64,000 bases of DNA from contig JAIFNL010000049.1 in NCBI GenBank assembly GCA_020047755.1, forward strand, positions 1,726 to 65,725, in the 5' to 3' direction. This document shows positions 8,674 to 18,016 of the stretch, in pieces (position 1 is the stretch's first letter; every line of letters begins with the position of its first letter). The stretch is from Bacteroidota bacterium. Lineage in GTDB: Bacteria; Bacteroidota; Bacteroidia; Bacteroidales; JAIFNL01. The position numbers and the translations under genes were made by a program. Under the pieces are notes generated by a model, which searched no databases, was not told the DNA's origin, and saw only the letters and a list, made by a program, of their open reading frames with translations.

Positions 8674-11298
8674 TCAAAAGTTATACATCAAATTGATGTA
8701 CATATTTCGACTATTTTGCTTCATACTAGATGCCAATTCTCCCGAAACTTGGTCTAAACCAGGCGAAAAATATTCTTTATTGAGAATATTAAAAACCGTA
8801 AGTTGAAAAGAAAAACCATATAAGTTTTTCGGTGAATAAGTTACTGCGCCATTGAAAATTACAAAAGCGTCAAATGTATCTTTATTTTGAGGAACACTTG
8901 TATTTTCGCCAGTTATACGTTTTCCCCTAAAATTCATGCGTAAATCAAAATTAAAATTTTCTCTAAATTTATAGTCTGCTCCTAAGTTGATTTGATGAGT
9001 AGAAATATCGCTTATTCGCAATTTTTCGTAAGGATTTCCCTCTAAATCTTTCAATATATTTCCTTCAGAATCAGTTGGTTTTATCAAATATGGCAAAGTT
9101 AGCGTATAATTTGCAAATACACTGAGGTGCATAAATTCGTAATCGGCTGTTGCGTTTATGCCCAACACTTCAGCTTTTCCTTTTGACTGATTTTGGTTGG
9201 TAAAAGTTCCATCTTGGCGCGTAACTCGCACTTCTTGTATAATATTGCTATATTTAGAAAAATAACCCGCAGCATTAACAAAAATTTTACCGTAAAACTT
9301 TTTTGCAACTGCAAATTCGTAATTTTTCACTTTTTCGGGAGCTAAATTCGGATTTGAAAGTTCGCGCTTGCCCAAAGCCGTAGAATATTTTTCTCTATTT
9401 GTTGCATCTTTAAAAGCTTCGGCATATATAAACTTAAAAATAAAATCCTTAGGCGTAAAAACTACAACCGCTCTTGGATTTACTGCATGTTTGTAGCCTT
9501 GATTTTCTCTAATTTTGTTGTTATCATAACGAACACCTAAGGTTAAATTCAAGTTAGAGAGCAAGTTAATGCGTGCTTGAGAATACCAGCCCAAATCTCG
9601 CGAAAAAATATGATTTCCGCCCGGAACGTTTGTTAATGGGGAACCGCTTTCTTCGGCATCATTTTTTGTAGAAGAAGTGTAATCGCCTTGTATTGAGCTA
9701 AAACGCATTTCAAAACCAGTAATTATATCCACTTTGCTACTCGGCGAATAAACCAGTTTAAATTCCTGCCGCATTTGATTTGAAATTTGAAACAAATAAA
9801 GGCTGTCCCAAGTTGGAATGGCACCAGCAATAAGTCGTTCTAAATTAAAATTTCCAGTAGAATAATTCTTTCGGTAGCGCACAACATTATTATCTTTGTC
9901 GAAATCATGCACTTTATAATTCAAAAAACTACTAATATTTAGTTTTGGGCTCAAGTCTTTGTTGTATTTTATGTAAAAATTATTGTGCACAGGTCGCCAA
10001 GATTGACCTTCGTCAAAAGTCATTTGAATTTTGTCATTATACTGAGCTCCAGGTCCTTCTGCTTTATACCAATACATATACCCTATCAAAAAATCATAAA
10101 TTTTAAGTTTAGCCTCTATTGAATAAGCTTCCGTTTTATCAGAAAATTCCACTTTGTTAAATACTTCATTATCATAACTTAACGCCTGTAAAACACCCGC
10201 TTGGGTTAAGACAATTTGATTATTATCGTTGAGAGTGTACAAATCGCTCGAACTAGGATATTTGGCTAAAAAATTAGCGACCTTGGTTGGATCAGTTATG
10301 TCTAATTTTGAATGATAAAGAGTTGATAGCTGGTCTGTTAGTTGATTAGGAGCATAATCATGCTGCATATAATCCGACAAATCTTGTTCGTTTGAAAGAA
10401 AAATACGCGGAGTAATCGAAAATGCCAGATTATTATTTTTTGTACGTGCGGCAAAACTTAAATCGAGAAAACGTGTATTGTACGAACCATACGAAATTTT
10501 TGCATTTACCCCAAATTGTTTGCCTGCTTCAATCAGCTCACTAGGCTCTTTCGTGATTACGTTGATAACTCCCAAAAAAGCATTAGAACCATACATCGTT
10601 GATGCAGGTCCATAAACAACTTCTATGTTTTTAATATTAGTAAGTGCATATTGCCTAGAGAGATACACATTGCTCGACCACAAATCATTCTCCTCCACAC
10701 CATCTACCAAAAAAAGCGTTCTATTGGTATTAATCGACCTATAACCACGTTGGTAGGCATGTGTGTACAAGTTACCGTTCGAACGCGAAATATCAAATCC
10801 GGGCAAATCGTGCAAAACGGCTTCCAAATCAAGATATCCTCTTTGCTTCAATTGCTTTTCAGTAATTAAAACAACCGTTGCAGGTGCTTCGTTCAAATTT
10901 TCTTCTTTCTTTGAAACCGAGGTTATTATTTGTGCCGTATTTTCTTTGCGTAATTTATCGAAAAGAATGATAAACAATGGATTATCACTCAATAAATCGG
11001 GTTGAAATTTAGGGTCGAGCTGCAAAATTTTTCGCATAGCCAAATATGCGCTGCTATCATCGTCAAGCGCAAGATACGTTTTGGCTATTAACCTATAAGC
11101 CTGCACTTTTTGGGTATTATCAAAACCCGTTTTTGCGCAATTATCAAGCACAGTCAAAACTTTCTTAAAATTTCCAGTTTTAAAATTTTGCGATGCCTCG
11201 TCGATTACAGACCAGTCACAACTCTGTGAAAAAGAGTAATTTGAAAATATAAAAAGAAAGAATACTAAACTATATTTGATTTTTTTCATAAACAACAT
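8674..11298 (-). CDS. TonB-dependent outer-membrane receptor with an N-terminal TPR-like extension
   Basis: 874-aa ORF; the likely true start is MKKIKY at 11289. Signal peptide, then ~100 aa TPR-like (QKVQAYRLIAKTYLALDDDSSAYLAMRKILQLDPKF). Plug motifs follow (NEAPATVVLITEKQLKQRGYLDLEAVLHDLPGFD, VDGVEEND, IEVVYGPASTMYGSNAFLGVINVITK). Long beta-barrel ending in the aromatic terminus LMYNF. Confidence 0.85.
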   Translation of the reverse strand: MLFMKKIKYSLVFFLFIFSNYSFSQSCDWSVIDEASQNFKTGNFKKVLTVLDNCAKTGFDNTQKVQAYRLIAKTYLALDDDSSAYLAMRKILQLDPKFQPDLLSDNPLFIILFDKLRKENTAQIITSVSKKEENLNEAPATVVLITEKQLKQRGYLDLEAVLHDLPGFDISRSNGNLYTHAYQRGYRSINTNRTLFLVDGVEENDLWSSNVYLSRQYALTNIKNIEVVYGPASTMYGSNAFLGVINVITKEPSELIEAGKQFGVNAKISYGSYNTRFLDLSFAARTKNNNLAFSITPRIFLSNEQDLSDYMQHDYAPNQLTDQLSTLYHSKLDITDPTKVANFLAKYPSSSDLYTLNDNNQIVLTQAGVLQALSYDNEVFNKVEFSDKTEAYSIEAKLKIYDFLIGYMYWYKAEGPGAQYNDKIQMTFDEGQSWRPVHNNFYIKYNKDLSPKLNISSFLNYKVHDFDKDNNVVRYRKNYSTGNFNLERLIAGAIPTWDSLYLFQISNQMRQEFKLVYSPSSKVDIITGFEMRFSSIQGDYTSSTKNDAEESGSPLTNVPGGNHIFSRDLGWYSQARINLLSNLNLTLGVRYDNNKIRENQGYKHAVNPRAVVVFTPKDFIFKFIYAEAFKDATNREKYSTALGKRELSNPNLAPEKVKNYEFAVAKKFYGKIFVNAAGYFSKYSNIIQEVRVTRQDGTFTNQNQSKGKAEVLGINATADYEFMHLSVFANYTLTLPYLIKPTDSEGNILKDLEGNPYEKLRISDISTHQINLGADYKFRENFNFDLRMNFRGKRITGENTSVPQNKDTFDAFVIFNGAVTYSPKNLYGFSFQLTVFNILNKEYFSPGLDQVSGELASSMKQNSRNMYINLMYNF

Positions 11299-11330
11299 TT
11301 TGTATTAAATTTTCTGCTTTAAAACCTAAC

Positions 11331-14300
11331 TTATTTTGGCAATTCTTGCTTATAATCAATACCTCCGCCTACAAATTTAACCCAATTTTGCTGACTCATA
11401 TTTGAACTTACCTTTTGACGTACAAAATTTTTCAAATCGAGAATTGATATACTAGATACCAAAATACTTTTATCTGCACTTCCCGAAATAATGCGCTTTT
11501 TGTCAGGCGATAGTGCAATTGCATAAACCCACGAATCGTGTTTTGTAATAACTAAAGGCGGAATTAAATCAAAATCCGTTGAATTCCAAACCTTTATAGT
11601 TCCATCAAAACTCGACGATATCAATCGTTTAGAATTAGCATCGTAAAGCAAAGCGGTAACGCCAGATTGATGAGCTAAAAATTCTTTGGTATTTCCAGCT
11701 AATAAATTTACTTTTCCCGACGAAAAACCAACAAATAGTTTTTCGCCATCACCAAAACAAAGTGATGATATTTCGCCTTTTCCCAAATTAATATTTTGCT
11801 TTACCGAAAAATCGAGAGTATTAACATAAATTAAATTACCTGATTCTGTGCCTATTACAAGAATTTCATCTGAATTATTCAATGCAATTGCCGTTATTTT
11901 TTCTACCGTTTTGTATGCCGTTTTTACCGAAATTAAATTATCGGAACTCCACGTTTTAACACTACCATCGCGGCTTGCAGAATAGAATGTATTTTGATTT
12001 TTAGAACTGATTATCTGACTAATAACGTTCGACTGTAAATTAAAAACAACTGGCTTTTCCGACAAATTTGCGATATCCCAAACTACTATTTGTCCTTTGT
12101 TTGTACCCGAAATAATCAAATTATTACCGCCAAAAATTACAGAACGATAACCTATTTTCCCAATAAATGGATTTTTTAATACTTGAGGTGACGAAAGATT
12201 TCCAAAATTAAATAGTTTTAAATTACCATCGTCAGAGCTTGATACAAAGCTAGTTCCATCATTTGAAACAGCAATGCCGCGCACAGCATCGGTATGTGCA
12301 TTCTTGCCTTTAATATGTGTAGAAAGGTTAGCAACTTCAGCTAAAGCATTGAATATGTCAGAATTATTTGGGTCGCCACCATATTGCGAATTGAAATAAT
12401 AAGCCTGAAGTGCCAAAACATAAGGCAGTTCCTCTTCTTCTTTCGAAATTTGCATTAATTCTTTTTGGCTATCTTTTACTTTTATTGCATTAATAGCCAA
12501 AGCTTTAGCTATAGCCAAACGACGCAAAGTATCTGTCTTAGCTTCTGAAATTTCAGCTCTATTTTTTTGCTCCAAAGCTTGGCGTTCTTGTTCAATAGCT
12601 TGGTCTCTAAGCTTTTCAGCTTCTTTTTTTAATTTTACCGCCACATCTCTTGAACGAACAGCCTCTTGCTCTGCAACTACAGCCAACGATTTTTGCCGAA
12701 TAGCCTCATTTTGCTGAGTTACCGCGAAAAGTTTTTGTGCCTCTGCCAACAATTTTTGTTCCTCTGCAATAAACTGCTGTTGTTGTGCAATATTTCCTTG
12801 CGAAATTGCCTCTTTTCTTTTTTCTTCGGCTATTTTACTTTCCGAAACAGCTACCTTTTCTTTATCCTTTGCCTTTTTTTCGCTAGCCTCAGCTTTGTAC
12901 TGCAAGTTAAGGGCAACCACCAAAAATAATATCGAAATTAAAGAAGCCGAAGACAAAAATATCACAAAAGATCGAGTGCGCTTCAACGCATTTTGCTGCT
13001 TTTTTTCTTTTACTGCAATAACTCTTTCATTTTCTTGTTCGCTGAAAGACAAATAACTAAGGGTACGTTCAAAAGCAGGATTGTAACGTTTTGCCCAGGT
13101 TTGATTAGGTTTGTTGTGTTTTTGCCATTTTAGTGCTAAAAGTAAATCGGGATCGACAAGTAAACCGGTTTTTCCACTCTGATAAAGTTCTGCCGATTTA
13201 GAAATACGCAAATAAAACTGCGCTGACTCGGTTTCTTCTCTTACCCAGTCAATTAGCCGCTTCCAAATACGCATAATACTCTCATGCGAAATATCAATCA
13301 CCACACTAGAATTTAATTGTATATTTTCCGTTGGAAACAAAAAACTATTTCCTTCTGCCCTAAAAACATCAATTACCTGAATTACATCAGGTTCTCTATT
13401 TTCTGTTATTTGACAAATATCACCTAAAGAAGTCGGTCGGCGAGTAGCTCGGTTATCATCGCCTAAATAAGTTAATGCTTTGAATATCTTTTCAGTAACC
13501 TTTCGCATTTCGTCATTTGCCAATTGCCCATAAATTTGCTCCGCATGTACCGAAAGCGCGTTTGTTACTGTTCCTATAGAATTATAGTGCTCTAATTCAA
13601 GCACATTACTACCTTCTGAATTCAAAAGCCAATAATCCCAAGTACGCATTAACGCATGTTGCAAAACAGGAAGACTAATATTTTGATTTTCAATATGTGC
13701 AACTAACGTTTGAATAAGTTCCTCCGAAAGGTCGGCTCCTGCAAGCCTAGCTGGCTGTAAAACAGCACGTTGCTTTTCCTGCAAAGTCATTTGGGGTATC
13801 AAATAATGCCCTTCATTTATTATATCGGGAAAATGAATAAACTCGGTACAATCACTCAAAAAATCAGCTCGCAATGAGATTATTACTGAAAAATGAAATG
13901 ATTTGCAATGCGAAGCTTGTATCAAAAATTCAACAAATTTATCAGATTCTTCCTTCGACTGAGCAATGTATTCATTCTGCCTAAATCTGAAAATTTCTTC
14001 AAATTGGTCGATATAAAGCAATATTTTTTTATCAAAACCTATTTCGTTAAATAGCTTCGACAATTCTTCAACTCCTTCTTTAAGAATATTTTCCAATTCC
14101 TTTTGATTTCTCAAACGCTTGTCTGAGATTTTCAACGACGAAAAAACATCTATAAAAGCCACAGACATGTTGTAAAATAAATTATTCCCTGGTCGGAAAA
14201 TAACAGAACTCCATTTCTCTGACTGCTTGCTCAATGCCGGAATTAATCCCGCTTTTATCAACGAAGATTTTCCACTACCCGATGCGCCTGTAATAGCAAT

Positions 14301-14444
14301 AAAATTAGACCTATTCAGAATATCAAGCAGTTCATTTATTTGTTTTTCTCTACCAAAAAATAAATGACTTTCTTCTACTCTAAAACTACGTATTCCGGGA
14401 TATGGATTCTTTACGTAATTACTTTTGCTCTCTGAAATCATCAA
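11331..14444 (-). CDS. Membrane-anchored STAND-type P-loop NTPase (nSTAND-like) with coiled coil and C-terminal WD40 beta-propeller
   Basis: 1037-aa ORF. N-terminal NPYPGIRSFRVEESHLFFGRE motif, Walker A (ITGASGSGKSSL) and Walker B (ILLYIDQFEEIF), then a helical/wHTH-like region. One TM helix near the middle (SFVIFLSSASLISILFLVVALNL). About 130 aa of A/E/K/Q-rich coiled coil. About 7 WD40-like repeats (e.g. HTDAVRGIAVSNDGTSFVSSSDDGNLKLFN, HQSGVTALLYDANSKRLISSSFDGTIKVWN, HDSWVYAIALSPDKKRIISGSADKSILV). Confidence 0.85.
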   Translation of the reverse strand: MMISESKSNYVKNPYPGIRSFRVEESHLFFGREKQINELLDILNRSNFIAITGASGSGKSSLIKAGLIPALSKQSEKWSSVIFRPGNNLFYNMSVAFIDVFSSLKISDKRLRNQKELENILKEGVEELSKLFNEIGFDKKILLYIDQFEEIFRFRQNEYIAQSKEESDKFVEFLIQASHCKSFHFSVIISLRADFLSDCTEFIHFPDIINEGHYLIPQMTLQEKQRAVLQPARLAGADLSEELIQTLVAHIENQNISLPVLQHALMRTWDYWLLNSEGSNVLELEHYNSIGTVTNALSVHAEQIYGQLANDEMRKVTEKIFKALTYLGDDNRATRRPTSLGDICQITENREPDVIQVIDVFRAEGNSFLFPTENIQLNSSVVIDISHESIMRIWKRLIDWVREETESAQFYLRISKSAELYQSGKTGLLVDPDLLLALKWQKHNKPNQTWAKRYNPAFERTLSYLSFSEQENERVIAVKEKKQQNALKRTRSFVIFLSSASLISILFLVVALNLQYKAEASEKKAKDKEKVAVSESKIAEEKRKEAISQGNIAQQQQFIAEEQKLLAEAQKLFAVTQQNEAIRQKSLAVVAEQEAVRSRDVAVKLKKEAEKLRDQAIEQERQALEQKNRAEISEAKTDTLRRLAIAKALAINAIKVKDSQKELMQISKEEEELPYVLALQAYYFNSQYGGDPNNSDIFNALAEVANLSTHIKGKNAHTDAVRGIAVSNDGTSFVSSSDDGNLKLFNFGNLSSPQVLKNPFIGKIGYRSVIFGGNNLIISGTNKGQIVVWDIANLSEKPVVFNLQSNVISQIISSKNQNTFYSASRDGSVKTWSSDNLISVKTAYKTVEKITAIALNNSDEILVIGTESGNLIYVNTLDFSVKQNINLGKGEISSLCFGDGEKLFVGFSSGKVNLLAGNTKEFLAHQSGVTALLYDANSKRLISSSFDGTIKVWNSTDFDLIPPLVITKHDSWVYAIALSPDKKRIISGSADKSILVSSISILDLKNFVRQKVSSNMSQQNWVKFVGGGIDYKQELPK

Positions 14445-14478
14445 TTGCTTCCAATATAATATTATTTTTTATGAAATT

Positions 14479-14486
14479 CAAAGATA
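14479..14486 (-). promoter_or_regulatory. Candidate Bacteroidota -7 promoter box (TATCTTTG) for the 14444..427 gene string
   Basis: The minus strand reads TATCTTTG, matching the Bacteroides-type -7 consensus TAnnTTTG. It ends 35 nt upstream of the ATG at 14444. I found no clear -33 TTTG. A short motif in AT-rich DNA is weak evidence on its own. Confidence 0.3.
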
Positions 14487-14980
14487 AGAAAAAAAATTGA
14501 ATTTTATCCTTTTTCGATTTTTTTTCTAAAAAAAACACAAATAATTTTAATTCTTAAAATAGCTAATTTAAAATCAATAATTTAATACCATAGCAAAGAA
14601 ATACTTATTTAAGAAAAGAATTGACATTTGTAAAAAAATGTAGTTTTTACATTATTTTGTAGTCTCTTTAAAAACTAGAATAGTGCTTAAAATAAGTATA
14701 ATTTTAACATAAATATTGCCAGATTTTATACATCAAATATTTTTCTATGTACTGATTTATAAGATAGTATATTTTATATATCTACATCAAAACAACAAAA
14801 ATCATATCGATTTAATAACAGCTTTGAAGTATATCCTAATTTCAACTAAAATATAAGCAACTAAATAAACAATAAGACATAAGTATCTCAAAATTAGCAT
14901 TACGTAGATTTATTTATCTAAAAAAAGAGTTATTCCTCTTTTTATTATAAACTAAAATTTTTTTATCTTTCAATATTTTT

Positions 14981-14988
14981 TATTTTTG
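14981..14988 (+). promoter_or_regulatory. Candidate -7 promoter box (TATTTTTG) upstream of the M28 peptidase gene
   Basis: Matches TAnnTTTG about 67 nt upstream of the ATG at 15055. No convincing -33 element seen. Confidence 0.3.
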
Positions 14989-15054
14989 AAATTATATTTT
15001 TAGAGAAAAAAACAAATAAAAAATTATTAATCAACTATTTACAAAAAAAGCATT

Positions 15055-16827
15055 ATGAACATAAAATCAATATTAGTAGTAGTTATCTTTTTAGCAATAG
15101 CAAACTATGCAACTGCGCAGAAAGAAATTACTCAAAAAGAATTAAATCAACACGTTGGATACCTTGCCTCAGATGAATTAAAAGGTAGAAAACCCGGAAC
15201 ACCTGAGCATTATAAAGCAGCAGAATATATTGCACAGGAATTAAAAAAATCGGGATTAAAACTACTTGGAACAAAAGGGTTTCAATTTTTTGAAGTAACA
15301 AGCGGAGTTGAATTAAATCCCAATAATTCGCTAATTTTCAATGGTATAACTTATTCTGTTAAAAATGATTTTATGCCGCTTAGTTTTTCTCAAAATGGAA
15401 CTTATGAAGGCGAAGTTGTTTTTGCAGGTTATGGGTTCGACATCAATGAAGAAAAATTGAAATGGAATGATTATCAAGATATTGACGTAAAAGGAAAGTG
15501 GGTTATCGTATTGCAAGGCGACCCAGAACCAAGCAATCGCAATAGTTTGTTTATTCCATATTCAAACACCAGAAGCAAAACGCTGACAGCCAAAGACAAA
15601 GGCGCATTAGGCGTTATTTTTGTGTCGGGCAAAATTCATAGCGAAAAAGACGAACTTACGCCCTTGGATAATCCACGCGGACTAAGCAAAGCAAGTCTTC
15701 CGGCATTTGAATTGAAACGCGAAATTGCCGACAAAATTTTAGCTTCAAAAACAATAAATGAAATTGAAGCCCAAATCAATTCCACAAGCAAAACGATAAG
15801 CTTTACGTGCAACCAAACCTTAAAAGCAACTGTAAATGTGGATTTTACAAAATCAAAAGCTCAAAACGTAGTTGCCTTTTTAGAAGGAAGCGATGCAAAA
15901 TTGAAAAACGAAATTATTGTAATTGGTGCACATTATGACCACTTAGGAATGGGCGGATTTGGCTCAGGATCAAGAACTCCCGACACTACTGCCGTTCACA
16001 ATGGAGCAGATGATAATGCTTCGGGTGTAGCTGGAATTATTGAGCTTGCCGAAAAAATAGCTGGCAATAAAAAGCAAATTAAAAGAAGTTTGCTGGTAAT
16101 TGCTTTCGATGCCGAAGAAATGGGATTATTAGGTTCAAAATTTTATACCGAAAATCCTCTTTTTGAGCTATCTAAAGTAAAAGCAATGCTCAACTTCGAT
16201 ATGATTGGACGATTAGATAAAGATACCAAAAAACTTTCTATTGGAGGAACAGGCACAAGCCCAGAAACAGAAACACTCCTTAATTCAATAACAAACCCCA
16301 ATAATTTGGAGCTTTCGTTTTCAAAAGAAGGCTTTGGTCCCTCTGACCATGCCGCTTTTTATGCAAACAATATTCCGGTTTTTTTCATGTCGAGTGGTGC
16401 TCACCCCGACTACCACACTCCAAAGGACGATACACAATACATCAACTTTGACGGAATGAAAACAATTGGCGATTACAGTTACGAGCTACTCTTCTCATTA
16501 TTAAATAGAAACGAATCACTAGTCTTTCAAGAAGCAGGTCCCAAAACCGCTCAAAGTTCAAGTAGAGGACTTAAAGTAACATTAGGGATTATGCCCGCTT
16601 TTGGCGAATCAAAAACCTCTGGTTTGGGCGTTGATGCAGTTACACCAGGTCGTCCGGCACACAAAGCGGGAATGCTAAAAGGTGATATAATTGTAGGAAT
16701 TAATGGCAAAGAAGTAACAAATGTTTATGATTATATGAACCGATTGCAAGCCCTTAAACTTGGAGAAACCATTTCTGTTGATATAATCAGAAATAACGAA
16801 AAAATGATTTTACTAATTCAGTTATAA
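15055..16827 (+). CDS. M28-family zinc aminopeptidase with PA domain and C-terminal PDZ domain
   Basis: 590-aa ORF with a signal peptide. M28 metal-ligand motifs present: GAHYDHLG, HNGADDNASGVAGIIELA, FDAEEMGLLGS, NFDMIG, PDYHTPKDD. C-terminal PDZ-like segment GVDAVTPGRPAHKAGMLKGDIIVGINGKEV. Confidence 0.9.
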   Translation: MNIKSILVVVIFLAIANYATAQKEITQKELNQHVGYLASDELKGRKPGTPEHYKAAEYIAQELKKSGLKLLGTKGFQFFEVTSGVELNPNNSLIFNGITYSVKNDFMPLSFSQNGTYEGEVVFAGYGFDINEEKLKWNDYQDIDVKGKWVIVLQGDPEPSNRNSLFIPYSNTRSKTLTAKDKGALGVIFVSGKIHSEKDELTPLDNPRGLSKASLPAFELKREIADKILASKTINEIEAQINSTSKTISFTCNQTLKATVNVDFTKSKAQNVVAFLEGSDAKLKNEIIVIGAHYDHLGMGGFGSGSRTPDTTAVHNGADDNASGVAGIIELAEKIAGNKKQIKRSLLVIAFDAEEMGLLGSKFYTENPLFELSKVKAMLNFDMIGRLDKDTKKLSIGGTGTSPETETLLNSITNPNNLELSFSKEGFGPSDHAAFYANNIPVFFMSSGAHPDYHTPKDDTQYINFDGMKTIGDYSYELLFSLLNRNESLVFQEAGPKTAQSSSRGLKVTLGIMPAFGESKTSGLGVDAVTPGRPAHKAGMLKGDIIVGINGKEVTNVYDYMNRLQALKLGETISVDIIRNNEKMILLIQL

Positions 16828-16838
16828 AATTTAAAAAA

Positions 16839-17654
16839 ATGAAAAATAAGCTAAAAACGGCAAGTCTTTGGGTTTTTGCACTGATAATTGTAATTGGCAC
16901 AAGCATTTATCAGCGATTAACAGGACCAACTTACCCAAAAAGAGAAAAAATTGAAATTGGAGGTAATTCATATAAATTCAAGCTCTTACGCTCGCATGGT
17001 GGCAATGAAAATTGCAAATTTAGTATCTTCGTTGGAAAAAATACAAGTGGAAAACTACATTATCGACTTTACCCGACCAAGAATGAATTTACAATAGTTG
17101 AAATGGTAAAAAATGGCGATAGTCTTCAATTAGAACTTCCGCATCAAGCTCCAGCCGGAAAACTGGAATATTTTTTAGAATTTAGCGATAATGGAAAAAG
17201 TATTTTTGTAAATAAGGAAGATACTATAATTATACGATTCAAAGGCGATGTACCCCAATGGGTGCTGATTCCTCATATTTTTATGATGTTCTTTTCTCTA
17301 TTTTTTATAACATTATCAGCTCTTTACGCAATTACAAATAAACCAAATTATAAATTATACGCTTTTATTGCTCTGGTATTGTTTACTTTAGGTGGTTTAG
17401 TATTTGGACCTATTGTTCAAAAATTTGCTTTTGGCGAGTATTGGACTGGAATTCCTTGGGGGTGGGATTTGACTGACAATAAAACGCTTTTCGGCTTTAT
17501 AGCTTGGGTTGTTGCAGTAATGCTAAACTTGAAAAAGGAAAGAAGATGGGCAATGGTTGTAGGTGCACTTTTCGTGCTTATCATTTTTTCAATACCTCAC
17601 AGTATGCATGGCTCTGAGAGAAATCCAGAAACGGGTAAAATTATTAGTGCTTAA
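16839..17654 (+). CDS. Integral membrane protein, function unknown
   Basis: 271-aa ORF starting 11 nt after the M28 gene. N-terminal TM helix, a ~110-aa soluble beta-rich domain, then four hydrophobic helices. Followed by a good terminator hairpin. Confidence 0.6.
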   Translation: MKNKLKTASLWVFALIIVIGTSIYQRLTGPTYPKREKIEIGGNSYKFKLLRSHGGNENCKFSIFVGKNTSGKLHYRLYPTKNEFTIVEMVKNGDSLQLELPHQAPAGKLEYFLEFSDNGKSIFVNKEDTIIIRFKGDVPQWVLIPHIFMMFFSLFFITLSALYAITNKPNYKLYAFIALVLFTLGGLVFGPIVQKFAFGEYWTGIPWGWDLTDNKTLFGFIAWVVAVMLNLKKERRWAMVVGALFVLIIFSIPHSMHGSERNPETGKIISA

Positions 17655-17674
17655 AATACCTTCTTTAAAATTTA

Positions 17675-17722
17675 ATAGATTTTCATGTGTTAAAACTAAA
17701 CACTGAAAATCTATTTTTTTTA
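17675..17722 (+). terminator. Rho-independent terminator
   Basis: ATAGATTTTCATGTGTT / AACACTGAAAATCTAT forms a stem with one bulged T and a 7-nt loop, followed by a run of T. It lies 20 nt after the stop at 17654. Confidence 0.7.
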
Positions 17723-18016
17723 TATTGTTATAAAACGCTAGGATTAAAACTTTATGCTTTTAAACATTTTCTAAAAAAAATATATCATAAAGTCACCAAA
17801 ATATAAAGTAATAATAAGTACTAGTGCTATTTAGTGTCTGCATGAAAACCTCTGAAATATAAATTTTAACTTTTTTTTTATTAAAACAAAATTCGTTAAA
17901 GTTTTTTTTATAAAATTTATCTAAAATAAAAAAAAAATTATATATTTACACGTATAAATATTGAGGGTAAAAAAAAACAGAACAATTTAATATTCAACAA
18001 ATTATAATTTCAATAA

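Noticed and set aside
12666-12929. Plus-strand 87-aa ORF, and many similar 60-145-aa ORFs antisense to long genes (e.g. 1892-2329, 5968-6339, 33768-34154, 56640-57026).
   Set aside because: All are nested antisense within long ORFs that have clear domain content. Their translations are low-complexity or hydrophobic and have no motifs. They are typical shadow ORFs of AT-rich genomes.
14445-15054. The 610-bp AT-rich spacer at a strand switch (all genes to the left on the minus strand, the next ~12 kb on the plus strand) as a candidate replication origin.
   Set aside because: There is no dnaA, dnaN or other origin-linked gene nearby. I found only scattered partial TTATC(C) matches and no cluster of TTATCCACA-type DnaA boxes. 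The region is explained adequately as a divergent promoter region.
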